From assembly GCF_006345805.1 (NCBI RefSeq), contig NC_043005.1, positions 52,700,001-52,764,000 of the forward strand: a DNA stretch of 64,000 bases, written 5' to 3'. The position numbers and the translations under genes are program-made. Positions 26,486-41,419 of the stretch are shown one piece after another. The stretch's first letter is position 1. Every line of letters starts with the position of its first letter. The notes beneath the pieces are model-generated. The model saw only the letters and a list, made by a program, of their open reading frames with translations. It was not told where the DNA came from and made no database searches. This stretch comes from Octopus sinensis. Taxonomy: Eukaryota.

Positions 26486-27284
26486 AATATATATATATAT
26501 ATAAACATATATACATACACACAACAGATTATAGTAGCGGTGGCGTCGTAATTTAGAAGTTATAATCTAACAGCTTGTACTGTGCTGTCGCTCGTACTTC
26601 TAGATACCTCTGAAGTCCCATGTAGATATAAACATTCTCTCTAATCTACCACTCTTTAACCAATGAGACAACGGGAAGATCATACGCACTCACGTGTGCA
26701 TGTGCGCGTACGTATGTGTGTGTTTGTGCGGCGGCGTGTGTTTACACCACACTCGTACACTCACCGCATTCTATAGTTTCCGTCTACCAAATTCAACTCG
26801 TAATTTATTGGTCATGCAGACGCCATTGTAGAAAGCACATTTTGTTGGCGTGTGCAGAAGGCACTTTTTTTGTATGTGTGTGATGTCGCTCATCGAACTT
26901 AGAATCACGCAATTGCAAAGCTAAATTCTTCACAATTAACATCTTACCTGTTTAGCTCAACCATCAGGGAAGCTTACAGATTATACAGTATGATCAAAAG
27001 TTTTCCACTGTAACCACACTCTGTTTCAGCAACAGCCGTTATTTGCAAGATTTTTCAAAGTAACAGAACCAAATTTAGATACTTCAGTGAAACGAGTGTT
27101 AATAAGTTGGACTTGCAACAGCTGCTGCCGTTAATATCGAAAAGTGTCAATCGTCTGAACCTGCCAACTAATTAAATGTAATCAGAACAAGACGAGAACT
27201 GTGCCACTATATGATCATTTGACCTGTCAGAAATAGTCAGAAAATCTCCCTCAAATCACATACTAATATTTCTGAAAATTATGG

Positions 27285-28530
27285 CGGAGACTGGAGGATC
27301 GTAAGTATACCTGGCTAAAAGCTTAACGGTATTTTGTCCTTCTTTACCTTCTGAGTTCTAATTCTACTGAAATTGACTGCCTTTCATCCTTCCGGTGTCC
27401 ATAAAATAATAACTATCAGTCAAGTTCTGCGGTCGATGTAATAGACTTACCCACTCCTCCGAAATTTCCAGCCATGTGCCAAAATTTGAAACAAATATTA
27501 AGAAAGCTTTATAAATGAATAGACGAACTTACCAACAGTGGGGTCTGGTTATGGAGCCGCTGAAACTCTGCAGGTTTTTCTTTTTCGATTTTGTTTAATG
27601 AAATAGCAGTGGACATATGTAGACAATGAAAGATCAAATCACAACAGAGCAAGAGTCCGTCTTTACGCTCTGAGTTCAAAAGTCACCTTCGGGATCGATA
27701 AAATAAGTACCAATTGGGCACTGGAGTTGATATAATTGACTTAACACTAGCCCTAAAATTGATGGCTTTGTGCCACAGTTTGAAACCAATATTTCTAAAA
27801 TTATTTGCACGCCGGGAAAAATACTTAGCGGCATTTCGCCCGTCTTTGTTTTGAGATCTAATTCCGCCGAGGTCTACTTTAACTTTCATCATTTAGAGGT
27901 CAATAAAATAAGTACCATTTGAGCACAGGGATCGATCAAATCGAGTTTCCCCCTCCAAAAAAAAATCTGCTGGCCTTGTGCCAACATTTGAAACCTATAT
28001 TTCTGAAATTGACCGTAGATATGCAGTCTGGATGGCGTAAATGTTTTGATGGATGGTCAAGATTGTATATAAAGGCACCATACATGCAATAAGAGGATTT
28101 TACGTTTACACTGGGGCAACAGCTGGTTAATTCAAGAATCATTATCGCGGCCATGTCGCCATCTTCGAGAACATCAACAAGAGGCGTTCGACATATTTGA
28201 CTGATTGTGTGTAGCGACTTAAGGAGGATAAAACTGTGGTGGTCAATAAACACACATACATATACTGATATCTCTTAGTTTGCTGCTTTTGTAAACACAT
28301 AAAGAGGAGGAATTTCTTTTCTACTCTAGGCACAAGGCCCGAAATTTTTAGGTGAGGGGACCAGTCAATTAGATCGATCCCAGTACGCAACAGGTACTTA
28401 TTTTACCAACCCCGAAAGGATGAAAGGCAAAGTTGACCTCAGCGGAATTTGAACTCAGAGCATGAAGACAGATGAAATACCGCTAAGCATTTCGCCCGGT
28501 GTGCTAACGTTTCTGCCAGTTCGCTGGCTT
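27285..28530. mobile_element. Cluster of old SINE family B fragments (+ 27285-27500, + 27655-27995, - 28315-28530)
   Basis: Repeated degenerate CTGAGTTCAAA / CATCCTTTCGG / AAGTACC motifs. Confidence 0.65.
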
Positions 28531-28797
28531 ACCGAGGAGGAATTACAACCACGATTCGTGGTTCGCTACCTCAACAGCTCCTTTATAGGATCCAGTGGTT
28601 AAAGACATCATCTGGAGGAACCCCATCCGGTTTCGGCCCCTACTCCTCTACCGTTGTCGACGTAGCGCGCCCCCCCCCATTTCCGATAGTGTCTTCAGCT
28701 CTGGTGTTAAGTGCATTTCTTCTTTCTCCTTTATTTCTTTTGTTCTTTGGTTGCTTCAACTTGCAAAACAGACATTATTTCAAAGAGGTACATCATG

Positions 28798-28907
28798 TTA
28801 TCTCCTGAAGAGGCACATCTACAGCAAAGGATACTCCTAAACCAGTTGTTAAATATCCCACCCGCGAGGAATCGATGCTAGATTGGTCGAAACAATTGTA
28901 GTGATGA
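28798..28907 (+). ncRNA. Minimal type-I hammerhead motif H4 with long stem II insertion
   Basis: TTATCTC-CTGAAGA-GGCACATCTA...TAGATTGGTC-GAAA-CAATTG-TA-GTGATGA; palindromic stem III, GUA triplet. Confidence 0.65.
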
Positions 28908-29373
28908 ATAAACATTCACGTATCTTCCATCTTCCGTCCCTCTCATTAATCAAATACCCAACGAACACTGAAAGTGAACGTGCTTTAGTAAGCTACCAGG
29001 TGTATACCTTGTCATTTATTATTTAATATATAATATATACATACATATATATACATATATATACATACATATATATATGTATGTATGTATCTATGTATAT
29101 ATATATCTTACATTGCTTTCATTATTTATGGACCTATTTTACTTTCCTTGTTTTATTTCCAATGATTGATTTTGCAATACTATTTCTGTGAAGTCGTTTA
29201 TTCATCATTTTAAAAAATTTTAAGTCTAGTACACCTAAACATATACACATGTGTGCTTTTACATTTCTACACACACTCACATGTGTGTGTATATATACAT
29301 ATATATATATATATACGTACATACACACACACACATATATATATATACATACATACATACATACATACATACA

Positions 29374-29409
<36 letters not shown>

Positions 29410-29451
29410 TATATTTAGACTTAAAATTTTTTTAATGATGACTAAACGACT

Positions 29452-29539
<88 letters not shown>

Positions 29540-30234
29540 CATATACATATACATATACACATACTATATTTTCATAGAGCTGTGTGGTTCAGGTGAAACT
29601 GTGGTAAAATCTTAATCATAACCTGTGTTGGGAAATAACAAACACACAAATAAACCCCAATTCATTCCCGCCATACAAATAACGAATTAAAAAAATAACA
29701 AGAAGTAGAAATAAAAGTGGTTTCTCTTTGTCCACGCCCTTATACGTCTAACTAACGTTCTCATATATTCTACCGTGTGTGATTTTATACCTTATAGTTC
29801 GGCAACATTAATGAAGTATATATATATATAGCAAACGTCTCGATATTCCTAAAAGTAAAGTCCGTGTTACATATATATGTGTGTGTGGCTGCATATGTAT
29901 ATATGTATGGTATGCTTATACATATATATATATATATATATATATATGATATATATATATATATATATACATATATGTATGTATGTATATATACACACTC
30001 TCACACATACACAATCCCTGAAATTGGTAAATGAGCAATCACAGAGAATCTTTGAAAAAAATCGATCCACTTACAGCATAAAACACACACTTAAACACAT
30101 ATAACTATATCCCTCTGTTTATATATATATATATATATATTAATACATACATAGGTATATATTTCTTTTGCATATATATATATATACATATATGTATGTA
30201 TGTATGTATGTATGTATATATATATCTATGTATG

Positions 30235-30329
<95 letters not shown>

Positions 30330-31355
30330 TATGTATATATATACATATATACATACATGTTTGTACGCACCCATACGCCGTACACTTTTTGCTATTAACC
30401 ACGTAACTCGTGTAATAAAGAACTTATAAAATATATCTGACTAATTTATCAACTGAGCTATGAATTAGCTTTAGTATTTTCTCTTTATTTGCTTATATAT
30501 TTGATTTTCTACTGATAGAATATTAAAAGTTCTTATAAACGCATACTATTCATAATTGAGCTCTCATTTACTCAACCCTCTTCGCTCTCATCGCCTCTCA
30601 CCCTTCATCTCTGTCTTAATATGTGTATCTGTCTAACTACCTCTCTATCTATCTATCTGTCTTTGTCTGTCTCTCTATTTCTGTCAGACTGTCTGTCTGT
30701 CTGTCAGTATGTCTTTCTCTTTCTCTCTGTCTGTCTGCTAGTCTCTCTCTCACTTTCTCTCACGCGCTCTCTCACGCTCTCTCTCTCTCTCTCTCTTTCA
30801 CTTTTGTCACCGAATCACTGTCCTTCGCTATCGCTTTGACCTTCGTATATCTTGCACTTTCTGTTTTACTCTTGTTTTCCATATGTGTATTTATTCATAT
30901 ATGTTTGTGTGTATATACACATATACACGCAGACATGTATATTTAATATTAATATATATATATATATCAAATAAATATACCTAACTTTACATACACACAC
31001 ACACAAATGCTCGTAAATTCACATACAGTTACACACACAGACACATATACGTACATTCATTTCTACACATAAATATATACATGCATATGTACATATAAAT
31101 CCATAATTATATAGAAATAAGTGTATGTGTGTGTGTGTGTTTGTGCGTGTGTAAATATATACATATATATTTATATATTTGAGTTTTCATGTACATATGT
31201 ATATGTTTGTATGCATGTATGCATGAATATATATATATATATATATATATATTGAGTCCTTCGTAATTATACGTTCTCACAAGCTCACAGCCAAGTTCAC
31301 ATCTGCCCGACAAGATATATACACCGCATATAACACTCACACATGCACACGCACA

Positions 31356-31417
<62 letters not shown>

Positions 31418-32212
31418 AGAACGGAGAGGACACATATACCGGCTTTACTATCTTCTTAATTTCCCATTTGACTTAATGCAATTAGTGTTGGTTGAAGGTT
31501 ATTATTTCTTATTTATGTATCAATAATTTCAGAGATTCTACAGACTGGCATTAGGTAGATTTTATGCCCACTCCCCTCGCATATACCTGTACATATAGTA
31601 TATATGTGTGTGTGCGTGTGTGTTGTGTGTGTGTGTGTGTGTATTTAAATATGTGTGACTTCATGTAGTGTAAATATATATTACATGTGTGTGTGTGTGT
31701 GTGTAGCTAATTAATTTGTGTGTGTGTGGTGTGTGTGTTGTGTGTATTTAAATATGTGTGACTTCATGTAGTGTAAATATATATTACATGTGTGTGTGTG
31801 TGTGTGTAGCTAATTAATTTGTGTGTGTGTGTGTGTGTCTGTGAAATATTCTAATTTTCTCATTTGCGTGAGCAGTTTTTAATAGTTCCTTAACTGAAGT
31901 TATTGCGATCTGTGATGTAGAAAAGTCTTGTTAAAGGCTTGCTTAGTCATTTTCTCCGACAGCTCTAGTTACTGAAGCGTGGAAGAGGAAAAAGAAATCA
32001 TACGAACTTGGAGTGGATCGACCAATTCGTATCGAAGTCGGCACGACGATGCATTCAGCTAGAAGCCATAACCGAACTCTGGAAACTGTTGTTTAGATTT
32101 TAAGTTGTTGTAAGTTTTAATGCGCTGTAGATTCTTTCAATGTTAATACGCTACAGCGGCAGACATTTAGAAAAACCAGAAACTCCGAATAGCGGTGCTA
32201 GAGTGCATGTTG

Positions 32213-32609
32213 TCTTTTACTTGTTTCAGTCATTTGACTGTGGCCATGCTGGAGCACCGCCTTTAGTCGAGCAAATCAACCCCGGGACTTATTCTTTGTA
32301 AGACCAGTACTTATTCTATCGGTCTCTTTTTGCCGAACCGCTAAATGACGGGGACGTAAACACACCAGCATCGGTTGTCAAGCAATGCTAGCGGGACAAA
32401 CACAGACACACAAACACATATATACATATATATATACATATATACGACAGGCTTCTTTCAGTTTCCGTCTACCAAATCCACTCACAAGGCATTGGTCGGC
32501 CCGGAGCTATAGCAGAAGACACTTGCCCAAGATGCCACGCAGTGGGACTGAACCCAGAACCATGTGGTTGGTTAGCAAGCTACTTACCACACAGCCACTC
32601 CTGCGCCTA
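32213..32609 (-). mobile_element. SINE family A, full length
   Basis: Close to 10356-10747 along its length. Confidence 0.92.
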
Positions 32610-32751
32610 TTATAGACCTTTTCTTTTTAACCTCCGTACAACATGCCTTTACTGATAATTGATTTCATAAATACACGTTGACTTAGGCTAGTTGGGAAAC
32701 AGGGTCGGGTTACTATAGCCCTTAGCCGATGAGATTTAGATATGATAGCAG

Positions 32752-32891
32752 TTGTTGAAACTAGAATTTCCAGAAGCATTTCTTGAAGATTATGAAATGT
32801 ATGCATCTTTTAGTCGTATTGAGCAGATTGGCAGTATTGTTTTGGAAAGGTCTGACTCACAATGTATGGACGATCTTTCTGGACATATTTG
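32752..32891 (+). CDS. Candidate exon LLKLEFPEAFLEDYEMYASFSRIEQIGSIVLERSDSQCMDDLSGHI (phase 0-2)
   Basis: Strong donor TTG/GTAAGT; open protein-like frame; acceptor ambiguous (exon could start at 32752, 32774 or 32814). Confidence 0.35.
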
Positions 32892-33019
32892 GTAAGTCGG
32901 TGATCTGCGTGTGAACAGCAGCGAAGACTGTGCCTTGAAAGCAGCGACCTTTTATGTTCGAACTGAGTCATACTTTAAGTCAAGGGTTCTCAACTATTTT
33001 TTATCTATGGACTATATAT

Positions 33020-33242
33020 ATTTCTTTACTACCCACAAGGGGCTAAACACAGAGGGGACTGACAAAGGGATTAAGTCGACTACATCGACCCCAGTGCGTA
33101 ACTGGTACTTAATTTATCGACCCCGAAAGGATGAAAGGCAAAGTCGACCTCGGCGGAATTTGAACTCGGAACGTAACGACAGACGAAATACGGCTACCAA
33201 TTTCGCCCGGCGTGCTAACGTTTCTACCAGCTCGCCGCCTTT
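33020..33242 (-). mobile_element. SINE family B with 16-bp TSD
   Basis: TSD TCTATGGACTATATAT at 33004-33019 and 33253-33268. Confidence 0.9.
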
Positions 33243-34521
33243 TAATATATAGTCTATGGACTATATATTTTTGGACTATTGATTACTGTTTTGATTTTAT
33301 TCTGGTGGACCCCGAGAGCCATCCTATGTTTAAAAAGTAGCATTGTAGAATTTTCTTTCAAAATTCCTATTTTGTTTTCCACACATTAACTTCAGTATGT
33401 TGAACTATGTAAAACGTTAGAGGAAAATAACCTAGCTGTTTCATGCAATACATACCAATTCATACATCGAAAGGAAAAGGTTTTCATGGGTCCTTAAAAT
33501 ACTAATGTGGATCGCCAATTTATTATTTCGTTGTGAAAACTCTCAGGGACCATATAGATCATGGTCGAAAACCACTGCTTTAAGTAGTCCAGTGCTATAT
33601 TCATCTCCCTTGCGTACCCTCTTTTTTTCTTTCTTTCTTTCTTTACCGTTATTCCTTCTCTCTCTCTCTCTTTCTCCCTCTGTGTGCCTCTCAACACATT
33701 AACAAAGGTCAAAACCTGCAATTCACATATTGTTTCTACTTATTTACCCCATATAATATTCAATCATATCAAAAGGAAATGGAATTTAATTAAAATTAAG
33801 AACATTCAATCAAAATTTACATTTCCAGTGGTCTAACGCGTAAAAAAATTTTAGTCAAAAAGACTATATATTAGTCATACGATATAGTGTATATTTAAAC
33901 ACATAGAGAATACACTTATAGGGATTTACACATTAGAAAGAACAGCTAAGTTCTATGGCCACAAAAAAATTGGGATAAAAATTCGACAGGAATAAATTTG
34001 GAAATGAAAAACATTCAGATAGATAGTATCCTTTTGACACATAACATTTTCATTCTCCGTATTTTGGGGTTTGATATCACAATATACTCCCATTATTTCA
34101 GTATTTCATACACCCTTATATATCAAGACGATACCCACCTATATATATATACGCTATAAAGCCTTAAAGTAAATATCTCCCCGATCACTATCTCAACCTC
34201 CACCTTTTCAATTCTCTTTCAACAACAAACACATTTACTTCATCGCTTCACATCTCTCTCTCTCTCCCACTCTCTCTCTCCCTCTCTCTCCCCCGCTCCC
34301 CGCCTCTCTCTCCACTCTCTCTGCCTCTCTCGCCTCTCTCTCCTTCACTCTCTTCATCGCTCCCTGCTTCTCTCTTCTCACATCTCGCTCTCCTCTCTCA
34401 TCACTTTCTCCTTCTCTCCTTTTGCTCTCTATCCCTCTCTCTCCTCTCTCCCTCCTTTCTCTCTCACCTCTCCCCTCTCTCCCTCTCTCTTTTACTTGTA
34501 CCCCACCGCATACAATGACTA

Positions 34522-34554
<33 letters not shown>

Positions 34555-34557
<3 letters not shown>

Positions 34558-34702
34558 GACGGGCTTCTTTCAGTTTCCGACTACCATATCTTCTCAGAAG
34601 GCCTTGGTCGGCCCGAGGCTATAGTAGAAGACATTTGCCCAAGGTGCTACACAACTATGTGGTTGGGAAGTAAGCTTCTTACTACACAGTCACGCCTGCG
34701 CC
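34555..34702 (-). mobile_element. SINE family A head
   Basis: Reverse complement of head; a similar fragment lies at 35222-35385. Confidence 0.8.
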
Positions 34703-34914
34703 ATTTACATCATTACTTTCTGTATGTTTTCACTAACTACTCCAAATATTTGTTTCGACCGACAAACCCCTAAAATCTCAGAAACGTCGATGTCCAACCC
34801 CTCCTCAACCAATAGCACCACTCCCATACCAGACAGTCAGGTAAGTTGCGGATGGAAAAGTCACACTAGTCTACATGGAATCGAACCATCATCGTCCGTG
34901 GAACCTAAGGGCGG

Positions 34915-35060
34915 CTTTACTTTCTTCCGGAGTTTTATTTCGACGAGTAGTTTTTTTCCCTTCTTTCTCAAAGGGACATTTCGGCTTCTTTCGTTATACT
35001 AGCGCCTGCCATACGAACACCAACAATTTGACCTCTTTGAAAGTCCGATTAATCTGTCAT
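34915..35060 (-). pseudogene. Tc1 transposase N-terminal remnant
   Basis: MTD*SDFQRGQIVGVRMAGASITKEAEM...FEKEGK...SSK*NSGRK matches Tc1 N-terminal HTH region. Confidence 0.8.
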
Positions 35061-35473
35061 TTTAATTCATTTTAATTACCTTTTTCTGATGATATCTGAA
35101 AAGAAACAGCAATTTTAACAAAACATATCAAGCAACACTAAGAATAAATAAAAATAAATAAAATAAACAAGCTTTTGACGGTTTTATTGATATTTCAAAA
35201 TTATGATGCTGTGATGCTGAGCGTTTCCATTATTTTATCCGTCTACCAAATCCTCTCACAAGGCTTTAGCAGGCCTGAGGCTATAGTAGAAGACACTTGC
35301 CCAAAGTTACAAGCAGTGGGACTGAATCCGGATCTATGTGGTTGGAGAGCAAACTTCTTACCACACAGCCACTCCTGCGTCTGTGTATTATATATATATG
35401 TATGCATGTATGTATGTATGTATGTATGTATGTATGTATGTATGTATGTATGTATGTATGTATGTATGTATGT

Positions 35474-35513
<40 letters not shown>

Positions 35514-35825
35514 ATGTATATGTATATACTATACATACACACATACACACAACACGCACGCTCTACCGTATGTGGTTCCCCCACCCTGTCCGAGTAGGTG
35601 GGTCTAAAAATGAACGAAACTGGGGTCGCTTCCACAGTATTAACCCCACGTTACTCTCGTTCACCAATCTGGAATTTGCTTCAAAGCACTTTTCTCTTGA
35701 TATCTGTTGAGATGGACTTGACCTACGCACTCAGCTATAGTAAAACAATGTAGGTACTCTATCTAATGTATTTAGTTATATATATATCTTCCTTTTGTGC
35801 AAGCAATATATACGTATATGTATAT

Positions 35826-35934
<109 letters not shown>

Positions 35935-36044
35935 GGTACTGTTTATTTAACACAATAGAATAGGTGCTACGTCTCTTTGATATATGACATCAGACTGAGA
36001 GTGATTTCTGGATTACTTTACCATTATCCTTTTCAGGACTCCGT

Positions 36045-36188
36045 AACATAGCGCTTCGGCAAGAGAGACCGATAGAATAAGTACTAGGCTTACAAAGAAT
36101 AAGTCTTGGGGTCGATTTGCTCGACTTATAGCGGTGCTCCAGCATGGCCACAGTCAAATAACTGAAACAAGTAAAAGAGTAAAAGAGT
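36045..36188 (+). mobile_element. SINE family A tail
   Basis: GATAGAATAAGTACTAGGCTTACAAAG...CTGAAACAAGTAAAAGAGTAAAAGAG. Confidence 0.85.
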
Positions 36189-37575
36189 ACTATCCTTAGT
36201 AATGAAATATTTTAAAACTAGGTGACCAAACAGGAAAAGTTATTTCAAGCAATTGCGAAAAGAACAAAACAAAACAAGATAGATCCGATCTAATAACACT
36301 GACTACCAGAACTGAAGCTTTGTGTAGAACCGAAAGCATAAATGCCAGTGGTGCATGTTATCTTTGCTCTAATTTTGTCAACTATCACTATAATGAAATA
36401 AGCAGAACCCATAGATATAATGGCATTATTCCAAGACGTGTGAGATAATATTTTGAGAAAGTTGTAAAAGAATTGCTGCTTGAGGTTATACATTAATTTT
36501 ATTTCTACGTTTAGTGTTATTACAACTACTTGAAAAATCTTTCCTAAAATATCTATGAAGCTATTTAGAAAAGAAAATCCCAGACTTTTTAGTTTTCGAA
36601 TTGCTGTCCACTGTTTAGAAATGTTGGCAACAATTCAGTGTGTATCAGTGTTTGCTTTTCATAGTTTCCGAATTAAAATAATTTGTCTTTATTTATATTT
36701 CATTTAGAATCACACTTGATAAATATATTTCCACTATTTTGAAAAAGTAAAACAATGCAACAAAACAAAACGAAACAAAACATAAAAACAAAAATAAAAG
36801 AAACCAAAACAGACTTTCTCCTGAATATTGATTATGAAAGGCAACATGATAATTATGATATGTCTGCAGTCTGCATGGCAAGCTAGAGAAGATAGTTTTA
36901 TGGGCTTTAAGACTCCAGTAATTGGTGACACAGATTTCGGCTAGAAATACTAAAATAGATAAATAAAGATTTCTCATGAAGAAATATATCATTTTATGTG
37001 CCCCTTCTCTAGTGGACGAGGATAAAAATCAATGTATGATTTTCATGAGAGATTTATTTATCTTCCAAATTTCTTCCACCAGATGATATAAATAATCTCT
37101 CTTTTTTTTTTCTTCTTTATTCCTATGGTACTGGCTACCTATATTTGTGAAAGCGACTCGTGAAGCTAAGAAAGTAATTTACAAAGTATGTATATGTATA
37201 TTTGGCTGGTTTGTCTGACCTCTTCAACACATCTTATGAATTAAACTTTATGTAGTAACTACCGATGCTACATATAGCACGGAACAGTACATTCTTATGA
37301 TTCTTATTCACACGCCGTAACAGGAAAAGTTGATGTGACGAATGTTTTCTTAAGCAGTCGATCAGCTCTGTAACAAACAATTCCTAGGTTCATCTCAAAA
37401 TTATATTGACCTTCTGCAATCATATTAGATTTTCATATGTATCAGTACTCTAGTTCTATTATAAATCAAGTTTTAGTTGTTATAATTTGTCACAGGGTAA
37501 TATTTAACTTTCAGTTACCTAATCCACCTACGTATAAACAGGTATCACTAAGAACGGAGATGCAGTATTAACTAA

Positions 37576-37634
<59 letters not shown>

Positions 37635-37654
37635 ATATGATATATAGCTATATA

Positions 37655-38005
37655 TTAATTCCGAGGCATAGCTGTGTTTGCTTCCCGACCACATGGCTCC
37701 AAATCAGTACCACTGCGTGACAACCATGGAAGAGTCCTTCTATTATAACCTCGAATTGATTTGATATACGGAAACTGAAAGAAACCTGTCGTATATATAT
37801 ATACATTCGCCATGATACTTCGCTAGCTACTACACATTCTTTATTTTCTCTTTTTATTTTCTCTCCTTGTATCTTTCTGTGTTCCTTTCTGTGGAAGAGC
37901 GTAGGCTCGAAACGTTTAAGACTTTTTCACTTCCCGAGCACGATACTAATACATCTGTTTGTTGTCTACACCACCACCTGTCTCCGTATTTTGTTTTTTT
38001 TTAAT
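37655..38005 (+). mobile_element. Degenerate SINE A head followed by H1 repeat (hammerhead-like motif 37884-37921)
   Basis: CCTTT-CTGTGGA-A-GAGCGTAGGCTC-GAAACGTT-TAAGA. Confidence 0.7.
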
Positions 38006-38064
38006 GAATACTCCCTATATGTGTGTGTGTGTGTATGTGTGTGTGTGTGCGCGCGTGTGTGTGT

Positions 38065-38275
38065 GGGATTTGTGAACAGAGTCAGCAATTTCGGTGGAGG
38101 GGTTAAGTCGATTACGTAAACGCCAGTGTTTCACTGGAACTTGTTTTATCTACCTGAAAGGGTGAAATGCAAAGTCGACCTAAGCGGAATTTGAATCCAG
38201 AACTAGAAGGCGAATGAAACGCCGCTCAGTTTTTTACCCGGTGTGCTAACAATTCTGCTAGCTCACTGCCTCCCA
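38065..38275 (-). mobile_element. SINE family B, old copy
   Basis: GGGTGAAATGCAAAGTCGACCTAAGCGGAATTTGAA. Confidence 0.7.
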
Positions 38276-39410
38276 TATACGAATGTAATATCACCCTGTA
38301 TAATTTAACAACGTTCTGTTAAATAACTCGAAATAGTAGCATTAAAATGTTGCAGAATAGACTGCAATTGGATGAGTGGATAAGCATAATGTTCTTAGCC
38401 TACGGAGACATAGGACAAGTTCAAATCTATCATCTGGTCAAATCACATAGTTCTGTGATCCTTGACTGCAATATTGCAGTTGAGATTGGCTATCAAAGCA
38501 TTCGGGAATGTTGTTTGATACAGAACTGTCATTTTGGATTTATCTGACAGACTTTCCAACCATATGGATTACACTGTGTATCGAATTTAAATTTTTTCTT
38601 TCTATTTTCTATTTACTTCTATTTAAAAATCAAAAGGAAATTACAAATATTCTCTTCAAACTTTGCTTCAAATGTTTTGAAACTGACCTATTTCCATAAC
38701 ATTTTAAGCAGATTCAGCACTGAGTTGTGGAAGCAGAAATATCGTCATAGCAAATATTCGGCTCAGTACCACAGATTTCCTTTTCAGTTACTTGACCATA
38801 ACAAATTTAGCATTCGCCTCAGTGACTGACGAAGTATGCATCCTGATCATGAGTTGGATTCTTTAGGGCTTGAATAAATGTAACAAAAGCAAAGTTTGAT
38901 TGATATATTAACCATTTTTCATACTCTATAAGAGTAAGCAAATACGAAATACCTTTTGCTACCCAAAGACAAAAACTGTTACAAAGTGTTATTCATGTAA
39001 CATATTCCTTAACTTAACGAGGCTAGAATTACTTACTAACTAACAAAAGATATAAAAAAAAAAGGGGGGCCAGTGTTCACCCTTCGAAGCATTTAAGATA
39101 ATTTACGATCGTCTCGCGATACTTTGGGTTAAGAAATATTATGTATCATAAAACTCTACTAAAAACAAAACTTGTCTTTGCTCTGCTCAATCTTCCGTTC
39201 GTAATATGTTTATTGCCAAACACTAAATTGACTTTTACAATTAATCAGTGTCAAGTATTTTTGTAAAACACAACACATTGCGTTACTGTTTTATATTCCT
39301 TTTCACCTGTGTATATATGTAAATGTGTGTGTGATGTATTGGTGTTACGTATATATGTATATATATATATATATGTATATATATAATGTATATATATATA
39401 TAATATATAT

Positions 39411-39459
<49 letters not shown>

Positions 39460-39569
39460 ACCGTATGTATGTGTATATATATATGTATATAATTGTATGT
39501 ATGTATATATATCTGTATGTATACATCTATGTATATATGTATCTATATCAATATATATATATATGTCAC

Positions 39570-39606
<37 letters not shown>

Positions 39607-39951
39607 TATACAGAGAGAGAGTGTGTGTGTGTGTATGAATGCACGTATATATGTATAGACACACTCAGACGTATATATCTACACGCTATATTTTAGTTAT
39701 ATGTTCTTTTAAGATATCTAAAGGAATTAGCGTTAATTATGAAAGAGCTGTCTCATGTATATTGCACAGGTGCCCAAGCCTGCCAGAATTCATTGCCATT
39801 AGACCACTAATGAGTGAGGGCAATTTTTATATAATTTTATTCCATACTATTTTATTTGGTTTTTGGATTGTTAGGTGTGTTTGTGTATGTATACATACAT
39901 ACATACATATATATATATATATGTGTGTGTGTATGCGTGTGTGTGTGTGTG

Positions 39952-39993
<42 letters not shown>

Positions 39994-40996
39994 TACTTAG
40001 TCTCTTGTTTTATTTTTCAGCTTTCTTAAAACTTATATCAACCTACAGTGAGCTGGACATTTCATATTTAATGAATTGGTTTCCTAATCAGACGTTTTTC
40101 TTGCCTTTCTATATATTTTCTCTTAGCTGTTTTTATTTGTTTATTTTTTTTTTGTTTATTTATTGAAGATGTAACAGAAAATATAAAAAAAGAAGGAAAA
40201 TTAATAAATATTCGTGATATAATCCGGCAGGAATTACTATGAATAAATATTTCATTATCATACCTAGCAAACCCAACAATATATACATTGTATATTATAG
40301 AATGGTATAGCTAGCTACTTAAGTTAAAAGAAAAAATAGCACATACACAGTTGCAATACATACATATATACATATACACATACATCAACATGCGTGTATA
40401 GATACATACACACACACACAGAGAATATATATATATATATATAATAGATAGATATTAGTGAATAATATGAGATCATACTGGTATTATTTTGTATATTTAG
40501 TAAAAGGAAATTTAATGTTGTGTCGTTTCAACTAACACTCATAAGTTATAAATAGTTAATGGTTATTATAGGGACATATCTCTATAGATATGTAGTTTTG
40601 TATGTGTGAGTGTGCGTGTGTTTGTATGTGTATGTATGTATATATAAGGTATATAAGTAGAGTAAATCCCAACTGTTTCCTTATACCATTATTAGAATCC
40701 AGTATTTAGTTACTGTCGTTGTTGTATTGATATAAGGTACAAATTTGAGTTTAAAATTCTGGAAATATTATTTTGCATAACAAAAGAAGAAATTGGAGAA
40801 TTTCTTGGAATTATATATTCACCATTACATATGTTTCATTTGGTTATAGGAATTACAAAGTTTTACATGTTAGATAAACATGTAAGAAATTCCCGATTAG
40901 AAAATCCTTCAGACAAAGAATCAAATAATACAAATGTTCATCTATGTAGCTATCTATCTATCTATCTATCTATTTATCTATCCATCTATCTATCTA

Positions 40997-41033
<37 letters not shown>

Positions 41034-41044
41034 GCATCTATCTA

Positions 41045-41076
<32 letters not shown>

Positions 41077-41089
41077 ATATATATATATC

Positions 41090-41120
<31 letters not shown>

Positions 41121-41419
41121 ATATGAAATACGTGTAGTCATTTTACCAATTATACACTTTTTATTTATTATTTTGTACATTATTTAAATTGGTATATGTT
41201 TTTATCTCTTATTTAATTTTTTCCTACATGGTATAATTTAATTATTTCATTGCTGAATTGATAAAAGATGTTTTTTTCTAATTTATATATATATATATAT
41301 ATATATATATGCATGAATGTGGTAGTGGCCACTCAGATGACCAGTGGCGTGAATATTTTGACAACAAAGGCGAAGAATAGTATATTAAATACCACACGAG
41401 TTGATTTTTTGCAGTACTG

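Noticed and set aside
31963-32110. Strong acceptor (TTTTCTCCGACAG) with a downstream GTAAGT
   Set aside because: All three frames contain stops between the sites.
34782-34840. 59-nt candidate exon with CAG/GTAAGT donor
   Set aside because: Weak acceptor, wedged between TE remnants, and out of frame with the preferred reading of 32752-32891; left unresolved.
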